DNA of 64,000 nucleotides from Octopus sinensis. Lineage: Eukaryota. Positions 1 to 11,640 of this stretch are shown piece after piece. The position numbers were made by a program, and so were the translations under genes. The stretch is taken from positions 116,808,001-116,872,000 of the forward strand of contig NC_043003.1 in NCBI RefSeq assembly GCF_006345805.1. The letters run 5' to 3'. The notes beneath the pieces were generated by a model that worked only from the letters and a program-made list of their open reading frames with translations, was not told where the DNA came from and did no database searches. Each line of letters starts with the position of its first letter. The first letter of the stretch is position 1.

Positions 1-86
1 TGTTTTGATAAAATATCCCTGATAGAATGTATTCCGCTTGCGTAGAGTTGGGCCAATATTATTCTATACTGTACGTGTATTCTTGG

Positions 87-90
<4 letters not shown>

Positions 91-163
<73 letters not shown>
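91..163. repeat. (TTA)n microsatellite
   Basis: Uninterrupted TTA run followed by poly-T; source of the poly-Ile ORFs. Confidence 0.98.
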
Positions 164-164
<1 letters not shown>

Positions 165-329
165 TTTTTTTTTTTTTTGAAGTAAGGTTTTGGAGTTTAC
201 TATGTTTGGGGAAAACAATACTGCGATCGTATAAGAAACTTTGATTGTGTTTTACTGAAGCTGGTTTGTATCTGTGGAGTATCGTAAGGTGTTTTAAGAA
301 GTACCAAGGATTATTGCAAAAGGAATTGA

Positions 330-900
330 AACTAATAAGGTACACGGTGGATTGTATGCTCTAATGTGTCTAAACTTGTTCCTTTTAAAGGTTCCCGATG
401 GGCTTTCAGCGAATTACAACTTCTTAAATCACTTCCTTTTTCTAAACAGTGGGCCCTTACTACTTGGGGAAAATCGTGCAAATGTAAGTTCTGTAGTCTG
501 TTTTGTGAAGGAACTTGTACTCGCAAAGACATTGTCGGTTTTGAGGAACATTTTGAATGAAAGAACGGATTTACAACTCTCACCGCCTACCTTTCTACAG
601 ATGTACATGATATATAATCAGGTGTTAATTTATGAAGCCCAAAGCGTATCTAAACTATGATACTTCTTCAAAGAAATCCATCGGAACAGGGTTAGCAATG
701 TCTAAACGGCGCTGAAAATATTCTGGGCTGGTCTAGAAAAAATCAGACGTAATTTTCCTTTTGTATTACAATTAATATATGTAATAAAATCAACTAATAT
801 GGTCACTTGCTTGATTCAATTATATGGAGACGCTAAAGAATTATACCAACTGCAAATCTATCAAAAAGCATTAATAAACATCCATAAACAATAGGAAGAA
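330..900 (+). mobile_element. Possible very old Penelope-like GIY-YIG remnant
   Basis: Across frames, colinear weak matches to the PLE at 47.3 kb: CKCKFCSLFCEGTCTRK vs CNCKNESSCPLEGKCLVK; KERIYNSHRLPF vs KTRFYSHKNSF; KKS..GLA vs KKTSLA; KIFW vs KYVW. Many stops and frameshifts. Confidence 0.3.
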
Positions 901-1037
901 CATGTTTCGCAGGACATGTCCCTGCCGAACACCTGAATTTATTTCGTATATTTCATGAATTTTGTGGCTTATGGGCCCTGATGACAAATAAATAGAATAA
1001 TTACGGCCGTCATCATTATCAATTGCCGCATCATTAT

Positions 1038-1044
1038 AACTACA

Positions 1045-1099
<55 letters not shown>
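1038..1099. repeat. (TAC)n microsatellite
   Basis: Direct reading; probably the tail or target of the adjacent minus-strand LINE end. Confidence 0.95.
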
Positions 1100-1330
1100 T
1101 TTCTACTGTGTTATTAGATTGTACATTCTAATTGAGCTTGCAGCTTTTTTATCTTCGCATTTGGTGACCACAGGTTTCCGCAAATTTCAAGAACCTTCCT
1201 TAGGATTCTAGTAGTGTACATCTCTGAGGTTGTATTTTAGATGTTATGTCAAGTACACCAATTACTACACGAACAATTGTTGTATAGGTCTTCAAAAGTT
1301 TGTGCATCTTTTCCAGGTATCCTATTGTGG
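1100..1330 (-). mobile_element. Degenerate 3' end of R4/Dong-like LINE
   Basis: Minus strand encodes TTIVRVVIGVLDIT (1283-1242) and TRILRKVLEI (1212-1183), matching the C-terminal motifs of the better copy at 43541 (AIPFVIGTLG...GHILRKILSL). Runs into (GTA)n. Confidence 0.5.
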
Positions 1331-1506
1331 TAGGTTCGCTTCTCTGATAGTGTGCCATTAGAGTTCTGTTGTCGTTTTGAGTTCATTTCCTCCTAATCCT
1401 TACAGCAGTATTTGGATATTGACCCTACTGCGTAGTGGAGCACTCGCCATGTGAGTTACCTTCATTTCGGATCCATGAACGCAGTTGTGGTGATTTTCAT
1501 TTCCCA

Positions 1507-1902
1507 CTAGCAGTATCGCCCGGCGTTGCTCGGGTTTGTAAGGGAAATAACTATATAAGACTTTTTAGAGAGTTATTGCCAAAAAATAGCAAAAAAATGC
1601 ATTAAAAATGGAAAAATAATGATGGTAAGTTTTTTTTAAAATCGTTGACTCATCATAGACATTTTTAGAGAGTTACTTCCCTTATATAATAGCGAAAAAT
1701 GCATTAAAATGGAAAAAGTGATGGTCATTTTTTTTTTAAATCGTAGACTCATCGTAGACGCGCGCTAATACCCAGAAGAGCTCGATATGAATCACGACTA
1801 TAAGATACCCGGTTTTGGTTAAACTGCACCGCAAAATGTGGGAGTAGTTAGGAATCTAAATCGTAGCAGACAGACACACAACTTGACTTTTATATACAAA
1901 GA
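1507..1902 (-). mobile_element. Non-autonomous Helitron, copy 1 (internal ~98-bp duplication)
   Basis: Minus strand starts TC(TTTGTATATAAAAG), ends with hairpin CCCGAGCAACGCCGGG then CTAG, inserted between A and T. Near-identical copy at 63591-63888. Confidence 0.85.
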
Positions 1903-2091
1903 TTACACTCATCAAGAAAGCTGTGTTGGCTAGGCGTTACAACCACCAGTGTTTTTCATCTCGAGGCCATCTCTAAGTGGGTTGTCAGCCAAGACTAATG
2001 GGATCCGTTTCCATCTGTGGTACATTTACCCCCATGAAGACGTTCTCTGACATTTTTGTCCTCGGGATTCTATTTTTTTTTTGTGCTCGTA

Positions 2092-2093
<2 letters not shown>

Positions 2094-2145
<52 letters not shown>

Positions 2146-2185
2146 TTTTATTATTGTTGTTGTTGTTGTTGTTGTTGTTGTTATT
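2094..2185. repeat. (TTA)n/(TTG)n compound microsatellite
   Basis: Direct reading. Confidence 0.95.
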
Positions 2186-2737
2186 GAGTGAAAGAGAAGT
2201 GCATGCCCTCAAAGTGACACTGAGGTAAAATATACGAAGCCCAGTATACCCATCATGACTACCCGTCTGATAAGGGTACACTAAGCACATGCATCACAAC
2301 CATATGTGCGCGACATGGTGATCTCATATCAAGATAAACAGCACATGACCTTGCGGGAATGAAGTTAGAATTTTCTTCTGGTCGAGTAAGCCATCCCGCT
2401 CAAAAAGTCCCTGAATAAGGTTTCTTTAAGGATGTTGAATGAACCACCCATGTTTCTAGAGATGAATTATTCAAACCCCAAAGAATCCCTCTCAACACAT
2501 GGCTATGATGCTCCCCCACTACTTCTGCTCGTGATCAGAGATGCACATATCATCAGCCACTAAGGGACATGCTCAACTGGTTAAGGTCAAACAACTGACA
2601 AGCAAATCTGTGGTATTGAGCAGAATATTTGCTGTAGCCCATCTTTTATACCAAGACAAAACAACGTACATGATAACACTTCCAATCAGTTAAGATCAGA
2701 AGCCATGAGAGCCATTGCCTGGTACTGCATCAGGGCA
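2186..2737 (-). mobile_element. ~550-bp non-coding element embedded in TAA-type repeats (unclassified)
   Basis: Complex sequence with sharp boundaries and TTA repeats on both sides; no ORF. I recall it as a high-copy octopus repeat, but only one copy is in the window. Confidence 0.5.
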
Positions 2738-2760
2738 TTTATTATTATTATTATTATTAT

Positions 2761-2813
<53 letters not shown>

Positions 2814-2839
2814 TAGTAGTAGTAGTAGTAGTAGTAGTA
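2738..2839. repeat. (TTA)n/(GTA)n microsatellite
   Basis: Direct reading. Confidence 0.95.
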
Positions 2840-3125
2840 TAACTGCTTGTGGATATTTTTTGTTTATCATCAATTCATCAATGTCCTCAGAGAGACGGAT
2901 CGATTAGAAAGCTTTCCATTGTTTGTTCAGGCTAATCACAGGAAGTGTCTACATTACCTTTCATACAAGCAAGGTCATTAAAAATATCAGCTCAATGCTT
3001 TTAATCAGCCGAGATTTAAACTCGTCAGACGAGGTTGCATTGTGTTATCTATGTCAGTTCTCTGCGTTTTGACGTCAACGTCTCCAACGTACGGAGAACT
3101 AGTTTTCTCAACCTCGTTATATATA

Positions 3126-3536
3126 GGTGTAGAAGTGACTGAGTGGTAAGTAGCTTGCTTATCAACCACATGGTTCCGGATTCAGTCCCACTGCATGGCA
3201 TCTTGGGCAAGTGTCTTCTACTATAACCTCGGGCCGACCAAAGCCTTGTGAGTGGATTTGGTAGACAGAAACTGAAAGAAGCTCATACATATATATATAT
3301 ATATATATATATACATATGTATATATGTATGTATATGTGTGTATATGTTTGTGTGTTTGTTTGTCCCCCCCATCATCGCTTGACAACCGATTTTGGTGTG
3401 TTTACGTCCCCGTAACTTAGTGGTTCGGCAAAAGAGACCGATAGAATAAGTACTAGGCAAAGAATAAGACCTGGGTTCGATTTGCTCGACTAAAGGCCGT
3501 GCTCCACTATGGCCACAGTCAAATGACTGAAACAAG
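3126..3536 (+). mobile_element. tRNA-derived SINE family A, near full length
   Basis: Pol III box-like head (GTGACTGAGTGGTAAG...GGTTCCGGATTCAGTCCC), internal TA/TG microsatellite, tail ...ATGGCCACAGTCAAATGACTGAAACAAG; more than 10 homologues in the window. Confidence 0.9.
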
Positions 3537-3567
3537 ACCGACATCATGAGTGAGAGAAAGTGAGAGA

Positions 3568-3642
3568 GAGTGAGTGAATGCGTGAGTGGAGTGAGTGAAT
3601 GCGTGAGTGGAGTGAGTGAATGCGTGAGTGGAGTGTGTGAAT
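3568..3642 (+). repeat. 21-bp minisatellite x3.5
   Basis: GAGTGAGTGAATGCGTGAGTG repeated exactly three times plus a partial copy. Confidence 0.9.
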
Positions 3643-3893
3643 ACCGACATATACGGGTCATTGCTATTCTTTCACAATGAATCTTGCCTGACCCATCGCC
3701 CTGGGCACGGGGTCTTTCGAAATTGACAAAAGCTTTCTAAGTACACCTGTATGACCAACATTATTAAGGAATAAGTAAGATATGGCAAACGACTCTCTCA
3801 CCCGATGCGATTACATTCTTTCCCCATGTTCACTGGATGAGGGTTTCCGTTTTCGGATTAGTTTCAATCAAAGGATCATATAAACCCGTTAGT

Positions 3894-4041
3894 TCTGAGT
3901 TCAAATTCCGCCGAGATTGACTTTGCCTTTCATCCTTTTGGGGTCGATAAATTAAGTACCAGTTGCGTACTGGATCGATCTAATCGACTGAACCCCTCCC
4001 TAAAAACTTCGGGATGTGTGCCTAGAGTAGAAAAGAATATA
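3894..4041 (+). mobile_element. SINE family B, 5'-truncated
   Basis: TTCTGAGTTCAAATTCCGCCGAG..GACTTTGCCTTTCATCCTTT.GGGGTCGATAAATTAAGTACCAG, shared with 26829, 15637 and 46191. Confidence 0.85.
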
Positions 4042-4507
4042 TTAATTGACCATTGACCATTTTTAACGTGGTGTCCAGTTCATGGGATGTAGATGCAGGA
4101 GTTATGTTAAGAAAGCTGGTAGCACCACTCCTGCTCCCAGTATTTCTACAGAAAACAAATTGTTGAACATTCTCTAAAATGGAAGTAGCTAAGAAAATGT
4201 TTATGATATCATTAAAAAAATACACGAAATATTGACAATAGACAGAAAATCTCAAGAGATCATAGAATTAAAGTAAACAGAGACGGTAATGAAAGGTCAA
4301 AACTGAAAAAATAATTTCCATTAGATTCGATGATGTCTTAAATCAAAATGGTTTTAACATAAGTTTTTCCCTGGAAAAGTATAAAATATGTAATACAAAT
4401 AAACCGCGGGAATTCTGCGCCCTCGGCTCATGATTTTATTGACTAAAGTATTATAGGAATAAGTAACGGACATTTGCTTCAAGATAAAATGTGCAAGTAT
4501 ATTAAAC

Positions 4508-4817
4508 CTGTGGAGGCGCAATGGCCTAGTGGTTAGGGCAGCGGACTCGCGGTCGCAGGATCGCGGTTTCGATTCCCAGACCGGGCATTGTGAGTGTTTA
4601 TTGAGCGAAAACACCTAAAGCTCCACGAAGCTCCGGCAGGGGGGGGTGGCGATCTTGGCTGTACTCTTTTGCCACAACTTTCTCTCACTCTTTCTTCTGT
4701 TGGCCTGCTCGCTAGCCAGCGGGGTGGCGTCGTTCGAAGGCTAAAACAATGCGAACGCATTGTGACCAGCGATGTGTAACAACATCTGATGGTCTGGTCG
4801 GTCAGGGTGATCACGTG
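4508..4817 (+). mobile_element. SINE family C, tail type 1, full length with 9-bp TSD
   Basis: A box TGGCCTAGTGG, B box GGTTTCGATTCCC; TSD ATATTAAAC at 4499-4507 and 4818-4826; tail ends GTGATCACGTG. Confidence 0.92.
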
Positions 4818-4989
4818 ATATTAAACTTAAGACGATGTTTGGGAATTTTGTGGTCTTCGTCAATTGGAAACTACAATCGAATGATGTACGGTCTACTGGT
4901 ACCTGCTCTTTGAAAGAGACAGTGAAAGCGAAATCGAGTTTGTGCACCACTCGGCTCCCCCCAAGTGCAATAAATGTAGAAGAGAAATA

Positions 4990-5741
4990 ACGATGGGGAA
5001 CATAGGTTCGAATTCTCAATCCCGTTATAAAGATAAGTTACATCTCTGCAGGGCGTTAAGCTTAGATATGCATATTCTTTGACTTTAGATGACCAAATAT
5101 CCATTCAGGAGTTGCACACCATCAAAGAACCAAAGGAAAATGCTAAGCGACTGGTGCTGCGCAGCAAACAAAATGTTGGTATACAAAGAAAAAGGGGGAG
5201 TCACCTGGTGTCAGTCGTTCCTCAGGAAATAGAAGGGAAGACATTAACAATACAAGCAACCATGGCAGTAAGGGCGAGAAACTGAAGGGATAAAAGTGAT
5301 AGGATAAATTTATGAGTATCAAACAAGATTTTAGGGTTTCATTTTTTTGTCACCTTAATTATCAGGTTTACTAAAGGGTTTTACTGATAAAGTTTATCAT
5401 ATCAGTGAATTTGAATTTTCGCAATAAATTGGGAAAATTCAATACTTCTATTTTAAAGGTTTTGACTCAAAACACCTTTTTCTTATGAAAATAGTTTATT
5501 TCAGGTAGTTGACATAAATTGCTCGGCCTACCTGAAAATTCATGGGTTTCTACTACCTTTTTTAAACTAAATATTGCGATCAGCCAAAATCGTAAATTGA
5601 TCGTTTTTCCAAAAAAGTAATTTCAGTACAGGAAATACGGTAGCTAACCATGAAAAGGTAAGCTTATTTTCGGAATCAGCATCATCAAATTAGCTAAAAA
5701 CATGTTTTCATTCTTGGCACCTAAAATCGCGTTCACCAGTG
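4990..5741 (+). mobile_element. Possible degenerate Chapaev3-like DNA transposon right end
   Basis: Ends ...CACCAGTG followed by TAA; subterminal TTCGGAATCAGC motif; translated KMLSDWCC resembles the MLADYCW transposase C-terminal motif. Weak, recalled similarity only. Confidence 0.3.
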
Positions 5742-7107
5742 TAAACATCCGGCCTACAAAAATATTGATGCGAATTCATTCAATTATAATTCTAGATTCT
5801 TTAAAATAAATCGCTTTCTAACGTATCCTTAGACACAATGGGACAAGAAAATATGTCGCTGCAACGCATCCATATTTCTATATTTCTATTTGAAAAGAGC
5901 AAGCGTATTGCAAAACAACCGACCATCGCCGGAAATATATTTGCAGCTACACGATGGATATATGCATGAAAAATTTGTGATGTTCCACCTGACTTTCAGC
6001 ATCCTTAACCTGAACTGTAATTTATCAATATGTTAGTATCGAGAAGCTATGGTGCTTATCAATAGTTTCTACGAAGATGGTTTTAAGTAACTCTGTTTTC
6101 AATAGTCTTTGGAAAACACAAATACATGCCAACCATAATACATATAGTAGCTATACTTGCTAGAAATAGCACCTAAATATTTCATGTCACACACTTTCTG
6201 TATTAAAATAGGAATATTCTTTTATGGGTTAAGCTCAGAGAAACCGTATTTTATTTAACATCATTAAGTATTTAATAATCAGAAAAATATCTTCCCATAT
6301 CTCAGTAAAATGTGAACCACTGACAATTTGAAAATCTTCCAGCCGCAGTTTCTGCGCAGCAGATCAGTTTCGTCTTCAACAACCGCAACATCACTTCATT
6401 ATGGTTGCTTACCCAAAATACTTTCGATTTATACTGATGAAATATGTTGGAAATCTACTTTCCATAACAAATAAATAATGAAGCACCGACTCCACAGCGT
6501 GTTTCAGTTATTGTAGCAAATACAATGAGACCACAATTAACCTTGTTACTTGTGCATTCATATTGAAACAAGAACCAGTTATATTTTCTAAAGTTAAGAA
6601 CTCGTAGGTTTCTAATATAAACACAAAGCCACACATATTTAGTGGCTGGTATAATCAATAATATCGACTGCCAGTACATTACTCTTACTTCTTTTATAGG
6701 CTCCCAGCGGATAAATGTCAAAGTCAGCCCTGGCTGTATTTGAACGCAAAACACAAAATTACCTTGTGGCCTTACATTTGCTGATCAAGCAATTCTGACG
6801 CGCACCGCGCTGTTTATAGCTTAGTGACGGAATAATGATGGAGATTCAATTATTTGTAATCCCCCGAATGAAAATACATCTTTCAACAGCTGGACTGGAC
6901 CTACACGTCGATGCCAATGCCGCTAATTCGGAGAAATATCCACACAGATACATTTAGTATTTGATATCAAGTGCATCGAATGTTTTACTTAATAAACGAA
7001 TGGCATGAAACGTGAGAGTGAAACTGATTCGATATCCATTTCCGAGTTGCTCAATGTCATCTAATTTGCTAACATCGACAGGAATATGTTATATTTTGCA
7101 CAAACTT

Positions 7108-7538
7108 AGGATCTTTTCGGTTTGAACGGCAGTTTTTAACATAATTTCTAGGTAACTAAAAAATGTTAAACTTCGTAGACAGGTAGAATGTGTTTATAAA
7201 ATATCTTTTTCTCTTGGCTTTATTGAGAAAATTCTATAGTTTGTAAGATATTTGTTGTATTTTTTCTTCAATTTCTGCGATTTCAACCAATCAGTGACGT
7301 CTATTGAGTTAAAAAGCATTCTGTGCTGTATGGATATTCCCTCGTTTAAGAAACAGATGGGTTTATTCACATTTGTGAAGAAAAAAGATACCCTTCCCTC
7401 ACCCCTAACCCTAACCCTAGCTAAGTCTAACCCTAAAACAGATTGAAATGCAATAGATCGATTCTAGAGTCATAATTATGGGTGACAATTTCATATGACA
7501 CCGCTAGAAAAAACTGCCGTTCAAACCGAAAACATCCC
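7108..7538 (+). mobile_element. MITE with ~30-bp TIRs, 6-bp TSD and internal (CCCTAA)n, copy 1
   Basis: TIRs (A)GGATCTTTTCGGTTTGAACGGCAGTTTTT / AAAAACTGCCGTTCAAACCGAAAACATCCC; TSD AAACTT both sides; telomere-type hexamers 7403-7436; copies at 28373 and 51069. Confidence 0.9.
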
Positions 7539-7892
7539 AAACTTACATTGGCAACACTTTACTTTCTCCTATTAAAACAATTAAGTGAACAACAAATGAA
7601 CACCTGTTCAATTTTATTGACTGCTGACGTCATCAAATATTATGAGTTATATTTGTTTCGAATTTGACTTTGATTTGTGATTCAACCACAAAACGAACTG
7701 AACTCGGTCCTGCGTAATTGTGAATCGACGTGTTACATTGCTGAAGTAACACGACTTTAGGGACATCTATGATGTTTTCATCAACATGTAGTTATGTGGA
7801 TGGAGTTGAGTTTACGTAAATATACCCATCTCCAATTATACTTATATACTCGAGGTTAAACTCGACACTTCAAGTGTAACTTATAAACAATA

Positions 7893-8312
7893 GGCGCAGG
7901 AGTGGCTGTGTGGTAAGTAGCTTGCTAACCAACCACATGGTTCTGGGTTCAGTCCCACAGCGTGGAATCTTGGGCAAGTGTCTTCTACTATAGCTCCGGG
8001 CCGACCAATGCCTTGCGAGTGGATTTAGTAGACGGAAACTGAAAGAAGCCTGTCGTATATATGTATATATATGTATATATATATGTTTGTATGTGTGTGT
8101 TTGTGTGTATGTGTTTGTCCCCCTAGCATTGCTTGACAACCGACGCAGGTGTGTTTACGTCCCCGTCACTTAGCGGTTCGGCAAAAGAGACCGATAGAAT
8201 AAGTACTGAGCTTACAAAGAATAAGTCCCGGGGTCGATTTGCTCGACTAAAGGCGGTACTCCAGCATGGCCGCAGTCAAATGATTGAAACAAGTAAAAGA
8301 GTATAAAAGAGT
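7893..8312 (+). mobile_element. SINE family A, full length
   Basis: Head GGCGCAGGAGTGGCTGTGTGGTAAG, tail AAACAAGTAAAAGAGTA; colinear with 3126 and 38378. Confidence 0.92.
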
Positions 8313-9595
8313 AATGAATTTGAGGCGGGGGACTCTATGCAAATATCCATCCCTCTCCAAATATATAAAGAAGGAGACTATAATTTGATATTACAAACTT
8401 ACGAATAGTTTTTGTTTTTCCGTTTACTTGAAAGTTGAAATACTTAAAACCGGTTGCACCGATAGACACCTGTTACAATCTGAACTGGAGCACCAATGTG
8501 TGAAGGGAATTGTACACGGATACGACACACTGTAATCGATAGATGACGGGATACGAACCAAGACCGACTCGGATGATTATCCGATATGGGTTTTCCACTC
8601 ACTTATCCACATAGAAATATAGCTTTAATTCCAAAATTCCTCCCAGACTAATACCTCATTGTCAAAGAAACCAAGAGTAATAGCAACAACAACGACAAAA
8701 ATATACGACACAAAAACACAAGGCCAAAAAGTAGAACACTACCGCAAAAACCATCTTTTATATCAGAAATACCAACTTGAAGAGCAAAGACAGTGTAGGA
8801 AACAAAATCAACGACTACAAAACAACAGCAATGTCTAACAACACCATGAACGCCAGGAACAATAATTTCACATCCTACAACGTAAGCAACAGAAATTAAC
8901 AATACACCCACCGAAACCTACCGACGCCACCACCACCAACACTGCAGGCACAAACACAAATAACAAATATAACAACTTATATAATAATAAACATAAAGTT
9001 TTAAAATGACAGAAAGAGAAAAGGAAAACTCAGAGAAATCCAAAATGGCTGCTGCGGCTGTATGTAGTAGTCTACTTGAGTTAACTAATCAAATTGTCTG
9101 TCAACTCAATTGTAAGCAGAAAAGGTATTGGAATAAATTTCTTCATTAGTTTTTGCCGCCGGACAAAATATCTGTACAAACTTCCTGTTGTCTGCACGAC
9201 GGTTTAGGCGTAAAGTTTGTTGTATTATTTAATTCCATCAATGTTTAATGTACACGTTCGGCTCGCTGAACTTGTGAGTGGTGATTTCACTGAAATAATT
9301 TTGATATTGAAAAGCTGAACATGTCCTGTCTGAAAACGTTAAGGATTTAATACGGAAAGTGTGAGAGAGAGTAAAAAAAGAGAAAAGAATAGAGCCAGCA
9401 AGTGTGAAGAAAAAATGTAAAAGAAGCCGAGAATAATGACGGAACAAGAAAATGAGAAGAAAATATTGCAAGATGGAGAATAAATTACGACAACGACGAC
9501 GATGATGAAGAGGATGACAATGATTATGATGTTGCTGCTGCTGCTGATGATGATGATGACGATGATGATGAGGAGCATGAGGACAGCAATGTTTT

Positions 9596-9596
9596 T

Positions 9597-9691
<95 letters not shown>

Positions 9692-9935
9692 GTATGTATG
9701 TATATATGTATATATATATGCATATATGTATGTATATATTATATATATATAAATATATATATATATTATATATATATATTCATATATATTCATACATATA
9801 CATACATACACACATACGTACAGACATACGTAAGTACATACATACGTACATAATACATACGATTAGATTATATATACTAGTCTAAATACGTAACCATATA
9901 CGCATACACCATACACACACACACACACACACGCT
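9596..9935. repeat. (TA)n/(CATA)n/(CA)n compound microsatellite
   Basis: Direct reading; one of many such tracts (also about 11530-11670, 12020-12545, 15190-15340, 20440-20915, 30100-30500, 41170-42430, 53610-54110, 54630-54930). Confidence 0.97.
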
Positions 9936-9963
9936 TTAATTATGAATATAATGCGGAAAGAAA

Positions 9964-10172
9964 AGGCGGCGAGCTGACAGAATCGTTAGTACGCCGGACA
10001 AAATGCTTAGCGTCATTTCGTCCGTCGCTCCGTTCTGAGTTCACGTTGCGATAAGGTCGAATTTTTCATTCATCCTTTTGGGGGTCGATGAGACATGTAC
10101 CAGTTAAACACTGGGAGTCAATGTTTTGGAATTCTCCATTTGTTGGCCTTCTACCAACATTTGAAACGAATA
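9964..10172 (+). mobile_element. SINE family B, diverged
   Basis: Head GGCGGCGAGCTGACAGAATCGTTAG, central CATCCTTTTGGGGGTCGAT motif. Confidence 0.8.
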
Positions 10173-10428
10173 TGGAAAGAGTATCACCCTATGAAAAATA
10201 TGTTAGCGCAAAATATATGGAGAGTGACCGGCTAAAATGTAGATTAGAATACGGAGCCTGAAGTGAAAAGGATAGCTTAGCATATTTGAGTATGAGACAC
10301 AGATAGTTAGTGAGTCAGTGTATGTGTGTGCGTGTGGGGGGAGTGAGTGAGTGAGTGAACGAGAGAGTAGGTGAGAGAGAAGGGGAGTTGAACGGCGATT
10401 CAGTTTAAGCTTCCATTTGAACTAAATG

Positions 10429-10800
10429 GGCGCAGGAGTGGCTGTGTGGTAAGAAATTTGCTTCCCAGCCACATGGTTCTGGGTTCCGTCCCACTGCGTG
10501 GCACCTTGGCATGTATCTTCTACTATAGCTTCGGGCCGACCAAAGCCTTTTGAATGAATTTGATAGATGGATAGACGGAAACTTAAAGAAATCCGTCGTA
10601 TGTGTGTGTGTTTGTGTATTTGTGTGTCTTTGACCCTTTCCTCCATCACTTCGCACGTATGTTGGTGTGTTTACGTTCCTGTAATTTAGCAGTTCGGGAA
10701 AATAGCCGTTAGAATAAGTACTAGGCTTAAAAAGAATAAGTACTGGGGTCAATTTGTTAGACTAAATGTGGCGCTGCAGCAAATAACTGAAACAAGTAAA
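10429..10800 (+). mobile_element. SINE family A, diverged full length
   Basis: Colinear with 7893-8312. Confidence 0.88.
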
Positions 10801-11293
10801 AAAAAAAAAGGAATAAATAAAGATCGTAATGAAATAATGATGCCAATAATAATCCTATTTATACGCTGTCCATTAATTGGCAAAAATATTGCTTCCGTTG
10901 CACATAATGAGATTTTACTCAACCGGCCACCTACTTGCAATATCAGAAATTATCTTTTATTGCTCTTTTCCTATATCAATAACAATGGTTATGAATCGGT
11001 TATCAGTGGTAAAATGGTTCTGAAAAAGCACAATGAGGCAGGAAGGTGCGTCTAGCATTCCTAATCGTTCCAGGGATTGATTTTCGTCTGCAAATTATAT
11101 ATTTTTTTTTGTATTAGTTAACACTGTAAGTCTGAAAGACATAATCTCAATTAATTTGGGATACCGTGATATATCTGCACGAAATATGATATACAGATTG
11201 CCATCACTACATGGGTATACGGCGAGCTTTCATTTACTGTCTAGCTAATCCAGTTGCAAGAATGGTTTGATCGGCCGAGTCTATAATAGTAGA

Positions 11294-11359
11294 TACTTAC
11301 CCAAGGTAACCTGTAGTGGGACTGAACCCGAATCCATGTGGTTGGGAGGCAAACTTCTG
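11294..11359 (-). mobile_element. SINE A head fragment
   Basis: Reverse complement of CCACATGG.TTCGGGTTCAGTCCCACT...CCTTGGG. Confidence 0.7.
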
Positions 11360-11572
11360 CGGGTACGTACATGCTCGTTCGCTCATTAACTTTTCAAGTA
11401 ACAGAAAGTTACACAAATACAAAAGTGGCTGACTGAACGCCCAGTAATTACATAAAATAGTATTTTTTATGTTTGATAATTTGCATACACGAAACACGAA
11501 TCACATGCCACCATACTTTCTGCCGATTAATATACACATACATACATACATGCATATATACATACATACATA

Positions 11573-11640
<68 letters not shown>

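Noticed and set aside
4511-4585. tRNA-like sequences with A and B boxes (also 27990-28080, 51575-51640)
   Set aside because: They are SINE heads continuous with SINE bodies and TSDs; no complete cloverleaf, so not called tRNA genes.
7403-7436. TTAGGG/CCCTAA runs as evidence of a chromosome end or fusion site
   Set aside because: All three runs lie at the same position inside a MITE, so they are transposon cargo.
9238-9885. Long ORFs made of YI/HT/CV/NNN/III repeats here and throughout the ORF track (e.g. 24407-25174, 41904-42443, 42749-43381, 54441-54971)
   Set aside because: They are translations of microsatellites that lack stop codons in some frames; no coding signal.
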